This document shows, piece after piece, positions 10,540-16,549 of a DNA stretch of 52,700 nucleotides (the first letter of the stretch is position 1; every line of letters begins with the position of its first letter). The position numbers were made by a program, and so were the translations under genes. Under the pieces are notes generated by a model. It ran no database searches, was not told where the DNA came from, and worked only from the letters and a program-made list of their open reading frames with translations. Source of the DNA: Eubacteriales bacterium. GTDB taxonomy: Bacteria > Bacillota > Clostridia > Oscillospirales > CAG-272. The DNA is taken from positions 1-52,700 of the forward strand of contig JAZSOK010000089.1 in NCBI GenBank assembly GCA_045536865.1, written 5' to 3'.

Positions 10540-10692
10540 ATTATATCACAAGTATTATATCACAAGTAAAAATGTTTGCTTGCAAGGACATTTTTACGCC
10601 TTGCATCAATGACGCAGGTGTGCGATAGCACACGTAGGGCGAAGCCCAAAGTCTTGCAGTGCAAGATTTTCTGCGTATATTATATCATCATT
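10540..10692. repeat. intergenic repeat block A: tandem 14-bp ATTATATCACAAGT x2, conserved TTGCAAGG cassette, then three mini-hairpins
   Basis: The 14-mer occurs at 10540-10553 and 10554-10567. Hairpins are GTGTGCgataGCACAC (10618-10633), GGGCgaaGCCC (10637-10647) and CTTGCagtGCAAG (10653-10665). The word TATATCATCAT lies at 10681-10691. Confidence 0.5.
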
Positions 10693-10854
10693 TGAGGAAA
10701 AAAGCAACCTGCACAATAAAAAAACTTGCGTACCCCGTGAAAAAACTGCAATTTTTGCAAAAAAACGGTCTTTTCGTGTGAACAATAAAAAGTTCAACTC
10801 AAAAAAATCCCAAAAAAATGCAGAATTTCCACGCGAAAAAAAAGAAAAAAGGTA

Positions 10855-10883
10855 TTGACAAAGGAAAAGTGATATGCTATAAT
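10855..10883 (+). promoter_or_regulatory. strong sigma-A promoter of the tRNA-Thr/Tyr unit
   Basis: TTGACA, 17-nt spacer, TATAAT, with an A-rich UP-like region upstream. It shares the 15-mer TTGACAAAGGAAAAG with the promoter at 52570. Confidence 0.75.
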
Positions 10884-10912
10884 ATAGTCCGTTGTGAGTT
10901 CGCTTTGCTTAT

Positions 10913-10988
10913 GCTGGTGTAGCTCAGTTGGTAGAGCAGCTGATTTGTAATCAGCAGGTCGGGGGTTCAAGTCCGTCCACCAGCTCCA
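10913..10988 (+). tRNA. tRNA-Thr (anticodon TGT)
   Basis: Cloverleaf by eye: acceptor GCTGGTG/CACCAGC, D arm GCTC-AGTTGGTA-GAGC, anticodon arm GCTGA-TTTGTAA-TCAGC, T loop TTCAAGT, encoded CCA. There is one G-G mismatch in the T stem (GGGGG/CCGTC). Confidence 0.9.
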
Positions 10989-11020
10989 GTATATTCTAAG
11001 CCACAACGCCAATTTTATAG

Positions 11021-11105
11021 GGGGGAATTCCCGAGCGGCCAAAGGGGGCAGACTGTAAATCTGTTGTCACTGACTTCGCTGGTTCGAATCCAGCTTCCCC
11101 CACCA
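11021..11105 (+). tRNA. tRNA-Tyr (anticodon GTA), long variable arm
   Basis: Acceptor GGGGGAA/TTCCCCC, anticodon loop CTGTAAA, 13-nt variable arm, T arm GCTGG-TTCGAAT-CCAGC, encoded CCA. Confidence 0.93.
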
Positions 11106-11148
11106 AAAAAGAAGTAACTTTTGTTTACCAAAAGTTACTTCTTTTTTT
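11106..11148 (+). terminator. intrinsic terminator of the tRNA unit
   Basis: GAAGTAACTTTTG...AAAGTTACTTC hairpin followed by TTTTTTT. Confidence 0.85.
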
Positions 11149-11150
11149 AT

Positions 11151-11321
11151 CCATTGCGGAGCAATGGCATATCATCACTCCGTAGGAGTGCATATCATCG
11201 CCGCAGGCGCATATCATCACCGAAGGTGTATTCCGCTCCGCAATGATGATATACAACACTCCGTGTTGATGATATGCAATCCGCAAGCGGATTGATGATA
11301 TACACGCCTCTCGGCGTGATG
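11151..11321. repeat. word + mini-hairpin array B (3 units, then 3 inverted units)
   Basis: CATATCAT x3 (11168, 11191, 11210) are followed by CACTCCgtaGGAGTG, CGCCgcaGGCG and CACCgaaGGTG. ATGATAT[AG] x3 (11246, 11269, 11295) are followed by CAACACtccGTGTTG, CAATCCGcaagCGGATTG and CACGCCtctcGGCGTG. An outer inverted repeat CATTGCGGAGC/GCTCCGCAATG lies at 11152-11162 and 11235-11245. No ORF. Confidence 0.8.
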
Positions 11322-11398
11322 CGGTACGCGCCCGAAATTCATTAACACACCGCTGATTTTGTGATATACTTAAATGACTAATTTGAAAGGAGTGTATT

Positions 11399-11686
11399 AT
11401 GAAGAAAAATCCATTACTCGAACAATCGGAAGCAATGGCAACGCAGATAGAATTGCTTTGCCAAAATGTTAAAATCCCTTCAAATACCGCATTTCAAATT
11501 CAAAAATCTTCATCAAGCGTTTATGCCAACATCAGGGAAGCAAATTACGGGCAAAGCACCGCGGATATAATTTCAAAGTTTGAGATTGCTATTAAAGAAT
11601 GCTCTGAAACAGAAGGTTGGCTCAGGTTATTATTTAACGGTGGACAAATTGACGGATTTTTACGATTTCTTGAAATTTTTTCATAA
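11399..11686 (+). CDS. four-helix-bundle protein (23S rRNA-intervening-sequence protein / Avd-like family), apparently C-terminally truncated
   Basis: 95 aa. VYANIREANYGQSTADIISKFEIAIKECSETEGWLRLL matches the family core (ANIaEA...S..DF..K..IA.KE..ET.YWL.LL). Family members are usually ~120 aa, and this ORF ends where the padR promoter begins. Confidence 0.7.
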   Translation: MKKNPLLEQSEAMATQIELLCQNVKIPSNTAFQIQKSSSSVYANIREANYGQSTADIISKFEIAIKECSETEGWLRLLFNGGQIDGFLRFLEIFS

Positions 11687-11702
11687 ATTTTTCAAAAACT
11701 TA

Positions 11703-11731
11703 TTGACAATCGCAATACTTCGTGATATGAT
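11703..11731 (+). promoter_or_regulatory. promoter of the padR operon
   Basis: TTGACA, 17-nt spacer, TATGAT, with a TG-extended -10 (gTGaTATGAT). Confidence 0.7.
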
Positions 11732-11755
11732 GTATTACGGAAGGAGGAGTATTCT

Positions 11756-12076
11756 ATGGATATTCAATTAAAGCGAGGTCTCTTAGACGTATGCGTCTTG
11801 GCGGCTATTAAAAGCGAAGAATCATACGGCTATAAAATCATTAAGGACATGAAACCCTATCTTGAAATGTCAGAATCAACGCTATACACGATTTTGAAGC
11901 GATTGGAACTTGCAGACATGCTTACGGTTCGCAGTGCGGAACACGGCGGTCGTCTCCGCAAATATTATCAAATTACAACCGCAGGACTTAACCGTATTGA
12001 GGATTTTAAGAATGAGTGGCGTGAGGTTATGTCCATTTATCGGTTTGTTACCAAGGAGGAATGTGGGAATGAATAA
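11756..12076 (+). CDS. PadR-family transcriptional regulator
   Basis: 106 aa. LDVCVLAAIKSEESYGYKIIKDM...STLYTILKRLE...RKYYQIT is the canonical PadR winged helix. Confidence 0.9.
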   Translation: MDIQLKRGLLDVCVLAAIKSEESYGYKIIKDMKPYLEMSESTLYTILKRLELADMLTVRSAEHGGRLRKYYQITTAGLNRIEDFKNEWREVMSIYRFVTKEECGNE

Positions 12077-12668
12077 ACAAGAATTTTTAACAGTTCTCGA
12101 AAGAAAACTGTCGGACTTGCCCGAGAAAGAAGTCAAAGAACGGCTTGCTTTTTATAGTGAAATGATAGACGATAGAATAGAAGAAGGGCAGACGGAGGAG
12201 GCCTCTATTGCGGATATCGGCTCCGTGGACGAAATTGCGGCACAGATCGTGGCGGACATTCCTCTTTTGAAAATTGCAAAAGAGAGAATGAAGCCGAACA
12301 GGCGATTTAAGGCGTGGGAGATCGTGCTTTTGGTACTCGGATCTCCTATATGGCTCTCGCTTGCGATTGCTGCTTTTGCCGTTATTATTTCGCTTTACGC
12401 TGTGCTATGGTCTGTGATGATTTCCTTGTGGGCGGCCTTTACATTGCTTGCCGCCTGTGGGTTTGCAGGGGTGGTCATGGGCGCTTTTTTCGCCGTTACA
12501 GGTTACGGGCTGACGGGAATGTTTATAATTGGCGCGGGCCTTTTCTCGGCAGGACTTTCCATATTCCTGTTTTTTGCTTGCAAGGCGGCAACAAAGGGCA
12601 TGATTCTGCTTGCCAAGAAAATTGTCTTGGGTATCAAAAAATGTTTCATTAGAAAGGAGAACGCGTAA
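12069..12668 (+). CDS. DUF1700-family membrane protein
   Basis: ATG 12069 overlaps the padR stop by 8 nt; the ORF track's 11910 start is an artefact. MNKQEFLTVLERKLSDLPEKEVKERLAFYSEMIDDRIEEG is followed by C-terminal TM helices. Confidence 0.8.
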   Translation: MNKQEFLTVLERKLSDLPEKEVKERLAFYSEMIDDRIEEGQTEEASIADIGSVDEIAAQIVADIPLLKIAKERMKPNRRFKAWEIVLLVLGSPIWLSLAIAAFAVIISLYAVLWSVMISLWAAFTLLAACGFAGVVMGAFFAVTGYGLTGMFIIGAGLFSAGLSIFLFFACKAATKGMILLAKKIVLGIKKCFIRKENA

Positions 12669-13690
12669 TGAGTAAAAAGGTTAAAATATGGCTTATTATA
12701 GCATCTGTGCTCGTCATACTCGGCACGGCCATTTCCGTGGTGGCCATCGCTTCCGTCGGTTGGGGCTTCACCAAACTCAACACAAAAAATTATAAAACGA
12801 ACACTTATGATATCACCGAAGAATTTACCGATATATCCATAAAAACAGACACGGCGGGAATTGCTTTTCTGCCTTCGGATGACGAAAAATGCAAGGTTGT
12901 CTGCTATGAGGAGGCAAAAACGGGGCACGCGGTTTCTGTTTCGGACGGGGTTTTAACCGTTTCTATGGTTGATGAACGGAAGTGGTATGATTATATCGGT
13001 ATGCATTTTAATTTTCCGATGATAACGGTCTATTTGCCCAAAAACGAATATTCTTCACTCGTCATAGATGAAAGCACGGGAAACATTGATATTGAGAAAG
13101 AGTTTACGTTTGAGAGCATTGACATTTCCGTTAGTACAGGTGACGTGGAGTGTTATGCATCCGCCAAGAAAAATGTTAAGATAACGGCAAGCACGGGAGA
13201 TATTTACGTTAAAAATATATCCGCTGCTTCACTAAACGCGTCCGTATCCACGGGTAAGATAACCGTTTCGGATTCGACTTTTGAAGGTGACGTCAAAGCG
13301 AACGTAAGCACGGGCAAGACAGTTTTGGGCGAGGTTAAATGCAAAAACGTCATATCAAGAGGTAGCACGGGCAATGTATCCTTGAAGGACGTATTTGCCA
13401 CGGGTGAATTTTCGATTAAAAGAAGCACGGGCGACGTAGAATTTGAATCATCCTATGCGGGCAAAATTTACGCAGAAACCAGTTCGGGCGACGTCGAGTT
13501 TGAAGCCTCGGATGCGGGTGAAATTTACGTCAAAACAAGTTCGGGCGACGTTGAGGGAAGCCTGCTTTCGAATAAGGTGTTTATTATTGACACGAGTTTG
13601 GGTGACATCGATATTCCAAGATCCATTACAGGCGGCAGATGTGAGATTACGACAAGTTCTGGCGATATTTCCATCAAAATAAAAAAGTAA
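12668..13690 (+). CDS. DUF4097-family beta-strand repeat protein (putative adhesin / LiaG-like)
   Basis: ATG overlaps the upstream stop (TAATG). It has an N-terminal TM helix and many STG(D/K/N)(I/V) repeats (STGDVE, STGKIT, SSGDVE). Confidence 0.8.
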   Translation: MSKKVKIWLIIASVLVILGTAISVVAIASVGWGFTKLNTKNYKTNTYDITEEFTDISIKTDTAGIAFLPSDDEKCKVVCYEEAKTGHAVSVSDGVLTVSMVDERKWYDYIGMHFNFPMITVYLPKNEYSSLVIDESTGNIDIEKEFTFESIDISVSTGDVECYASAKKNVKITASTGDIYVKNISAASLNASVSTGKITVSDSTFEGDVKANVSTGKTVLGEVKCKNVISRGSTGNVSLKDVFATGEFSIKRSTGDVEFESSYAGKIYAETSSGDVEFEASDAGEIYVKTSSGDVEGSLLSNKVFIIDTSLGDIDIPRSITGGRCEITTSSGDISIKIKK

Positions 13691-13804
13691 AAACGTTTAT
13701 CCTGCAATATACAATAAATCGGATAAATTCCGTACTTTGAAAAAACACGATAGCGCCTTTAAGGGCAATTTTCAATTGAATAGAATGTGTTACCTACCGA
13801 AAGA

Positions 13805-13842
13805 AAAAGGACGAAGAATGTAAAAATTCTTCGTCCTTTTTT
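13805..13842 (+). terminator. intrinsic terminator of the padR operon
   Basis: AAGGACGAAGAAT...ATTCTTCGTCCTT hairpin followed by TTTTT. Confidence 0.8.
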
Positions 13843-13873
13843 CTTGACAAGCACTGCATTTGTGCTCACAATT

Positions 13874-14109
13874 GCGATACTGGCGATATGTTTGCTTCGC
13901 AAACGCGATATATTTTCGCCATTTGCTCCGCAAATGAATGCTCAAATGCGATATAACCTCCCTTGCGGTCGGTAGCGATATGATATAAATCCCCCCAACG
14001 CCCCGGAGGGGCATATCGCTTGCAGAAGGCAAATATCGCTTCCGAAGGAAATCTCGCAAAACCCATAAGGGATTTATATCGCTACGTAGTGTCCTTGAGG
14101 ACACTACGT
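13874..14109. repeat. word + mini-hairpin array C (GCGATAT units, then inverted ATATCGC units)
   Basis: GCGATAT occurs at 13883, 13905, 13948 and 13975, with a variant GCGATAC at 13874. It is paired with TTTGCttcGCAAA (13891-13903) and ATTTGCtccGCAAAT (13921-13935). ATATCGC/ATCTCGC occur at 14013, 14033, 14051 and 14076. They are paired with GCCCCggaGGGGC, TTGCagaagGCAA, TTCCgaaGGAA, AAACCCataaGGGATT and an 11-bp-stem hairpin at 14084-14109. Confidence 0.75.
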
Positions 14110-14205
14110 TAAAGCAAGTCCTGTTTTTTATTTGTTATGAAAGCAAGGGGAATTATCGCCCGTTTGCCAAAAGGGCAGGGGGCTTTTATGAAGAAGGGCG
14201 GCTAC

Positions 14206-15303
14206 TTAAAAATCCAAGATGAATTTTCTTATAAACACGCAACTCCAAGAAAAATGGTCGCAACAAAATCCTTCGCCCGTTTTTGAATCGTAATTTTCGT
14301 GAATGTAATCGCCGTCGTTTGCTACCCATTGAATAATTTGAGAACGAATGACGTTTGCCGTATCAACAAAACCGTAGTCGTACAATCCCTTCGTTGCAAA
14401 ATAAGCAACGTTTAACCACGTTGGGCCGCGCCAATAATTTCTTCCGTAAGAGGGATCGTCATAAGCAACGGTCGGCATGCCCGGTAAAAAATGCTTGACG
14501 GCAATATCGTTCATGTGCTTTGCGCGCTCGTTGGATGCAACCTTTGCAAACAAGGGCATAAACGATGCGGGGGTGAGAACGTTGATATGCTTTTCGCGCT
14601 TGAAGTTATAGTCTGTATAAGAATTTAAGTTTTCGTTCCACAAAAGGGTCTCGATTTTTTCGCATAATTCTTTTTCTTTTTCATCCCACTGACTTTTGTC
14701 ATATCCCAGTGCATCTGCCATATAACTCAAAGAGCGATACGTAAGCACCATGAAGCAGTTCAAATCAATGGCCCAACAATTTTGCGGCTCATTATCCCAT
14801 CGTGGAGAATTGTCCCATCCCGACTCATAACCTACCCACACAGGATATCTTTCTTCATTGCTTTTATCTGCATCATAATGAAATAGGTCTTTGTATTTTC
14901 TGTTCTTCACCCAAAATTCTTCATTCAAGACCAATTTAGGGTATACCGTTTTCAAAAACTCCAAATCATTTGTTGCTTTGAACACCTCACAGGCGGCGTA
15001 TGCCATGACGGGCGGCTTTGTAAAATGGTCTTCGATGCCGCCATTTTCCCAAATGACATCAGGCAAAAGGCCATTTTCTTTTTGGAAGGAAAGGAAGCCG
15101 AGAATTTGCTCCTTGGCAATGTCCTTGTCAAAATCGATCATGCCCAAGGCGTGAAACGCCGTATCCCAATTCCATATGCCCTTAAAGTAGTTTTTTCCCG
15201 GGGTAATCATTCTATACCCATCCCACAAATAGCCTTTTTCGGTATAGATATTGGCCTTTAATAGTCTTTCGGCTTTTTCAAGAACGCTTTTATTGTCGCA
15301 CAT
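14206..15303 (-). CDS. (alpha/alpha)6-barrel glycoside hydrolase, GH63 / trehalase / MGH1-like
   Basis: 365 aa. GIWNWDTAFHALG, FTKPPVMAYA and GWDNSPRWD motifs are typical of GH63/GH37-clan enzymes. Substrate is not inferable. Confidence 0.7.
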   Translation of the reverse strand: MCDNKSVLEKAERLLKANIYTEKGYLWDGYRMITPGKNYFKGIWNWDTAFHALGMIDFDKDIAKEQILGFLSFQKENGLLPDVIWENGGIEDHFTKPPVMAYAACEVFKATNDLEFLKTVYPKLVLNEEFWVKNRKYKDLFHYDADKSNEERYPVWVGYESGWDNSPRWDNEPQNCWAIDLNCFMVLTYRSLSYMADALGYDKSQWDEKEKELCEKIETLLWNENLNSYTDYNFKREKHINVLTPASFMPLFAKVASNERAKHMNDIAVKHFLPGMPTVAYDDPSYGRNYWRGPTWLNVAYFATKGLYDYGFVDTANVIRSQIIQWVANDGDYIHENYDSKTGEGFCCDHFSWSCVFIRKFILDF

Positions 15304-15313
15304 AATATCACCT

Positions 15314-16159
15314 CTATATGATTTCTATTTCTCTTGCAAATCCGTCAAACGAGCCTGCCGTCACAAGTTGGACAAGTCCGTTTTCAAACTCACAAACGTA
15401 ACTATTGTGTGTATGTCCTGCCAAAATCAGTTTGATCGCATCACAATGCAAAACATAATCAATGAATTCCATTGTCAACTCATTGGCTTTTTGCTGTTCG
15501 TACCGTGTCGGCGCGTACTCTTTAATCAGGTCATCCGGCGCCCCACACAGGTAGGTTACTTTCGTGGCGTCGCCGCCCTGTTGAAACTCGAAATACTCTT
15601 TATGATAAATAGGGGTATGCATACACAAAACGATAGGGTAGCCTCTCGTTGCCTCCACCTTCAAAAGTTCAAGTTGTTTCAAGGTGAAATCGTAATATAC
15701 GTTATCAAGAGCGATAAAATTGACGCCGTTGATAATTTTGGAATCAAATTCAAGATTACAGCCAACCGCCTTTTGAACGTCGGTATAATATTGCATTTTA
15801 TAATGAAAATCTTCCTTTGCCTCGCCCACGTATTGACTGAATTCGTGATTGCCAACGGCAAAGACGTATTGATTGCGCAGGCACTCCTTTTGCAGGATAT
15901 CAAAGGCGGCGTTTGAGGTGAAGTCAATTAGGTCACCCGTGCAGACCATCACGTCGCAATTCTCCCTGCCGTATGCGGTGATTTCATTGTAGAACTCGTC
16001 ACATTTTTCTTCTCCAAACTCCTTTTTGCGGCGCAGGGAGAGCGCATGCTTTCTCTCGTTGTCGCGGGCGTCCACGGGGGTTAAGTGACAGTCCGTGACG
16101 TGGAGAATCTTAAAGGGTTTTTGGACACCGATAGTAACTTTATTTTTGAGAATATCCAA
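15314..16159 (-). CDS. calcineurin-like metallophosphoesterase
   Basis: I place the start at TTG 16159, 5 nt after AGGAGG; the ORF track start at 16228 has no RBS. Motifs HVTDCHL, GDLIDF, GNHE and GHTH are present. Confidence 0.8.
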   Translation of the reverse strand: MDILKNKVTIGVQKPFKILHVTDCHLTPVDARDNERKHALSLRRKKEFGEEKCDEFYNEITAYGRENCDVMVCTGDLIDFTSNAAFDILQKECLRNQYVFAVGNHEFSQYVGEAKEDFHYKMQYYTDVQKAVGCNLEFDSKIINGVNFIALDNVYYDFTLKQLELLKVEATRGYPIVLCMHTPIYHKEYFEFQQGGDATKVTYLCGAPDDLIKEYAPTRYEQQKANELTMEFIDYVLHCDAIKLILAGHTHNSYVCEFENGLVQLVTAGSFDGFAREIEII

Positions 16160-16438
16160 GAGAACCTCCTTCGTGCAAAAAACGCACGGTTTTTTCTGCA
16201 ACATGGTAGTGATACACCAACATGCCAAAAAAGCAATATTTTTTAGATTATTTTAGCATAGAGGGGGAGGGATTGTCAAGGCTTTGGGGCTACAAAAAGG
16301 GTTGAACGGCACGGGATATTTGTCAAAAAGGGAAGAATAACGCCGAAGGGGAGGTGGCATTGTCGAATAGCGCAAAACGGCTCGGATTTTAGAGCACCGA
16401 AAACTTACCGTATGCATTCACAAACGGCGTACCGACAC

Positions 16439-16467
16439 TTGACATCGGAAGGGTGATATGGTATGAT
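16439..16467 (+). promoter_or_regulatory. promoter of the large membrane-protein gene
   Basis: TTGACA, 17-nt spacer, TATGAT. Confidence 0.65.
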
Positions 16468-16549
16468 TTTATTAAGAGAAAAGACCTCTTTGAAGTGAAA
16501 CGGAAGCCTTTTTGCAAAAAACGATGCGAGTAAAGAAAGGAACAATAGC

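Noticed and set aside
10913-10988. G-G mismatch in the T stem of tRNA-Thr as evidence of a tRNA pseudogene.
   Set aside because: All other stems, conserved loop nucleotides and the encoded CCA are intact, and the gene sits behind a strong promoter with tRNA-Tyr. A single mismatch is insufficient to call a pseudogene and may be a sequencing or strain variant.
11151-11321. Possible CRISPR array, given regularly spaced short repeats.
   Set aside because: The conserved element is only 7-9 nt and the variable parts are themselves 9-18-nt perfect palindromes. Each orientation has only 3-4 units, half of the units are inverted, and no cas genes or leader are present. It does not fit any CRISPR architecture.
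11399-11686. Four-helix-bundle protein as the Avd component of a diversity-generating retroelement.
   Set aside because: No reverse transcriptase ORF, no template/variable repeat pair and no target gene with a C-type lectin-like end occur anywhere nearby.
13787-14104. ORFs of 62-104 aa on both strands between DUF4097 and the glycoside hydrolase.
   Set aside because: They are built from the repeated GCGATAT/hairpin units and a terminator. They have no RBS, and the periodic DNA repeat explains the open frames.
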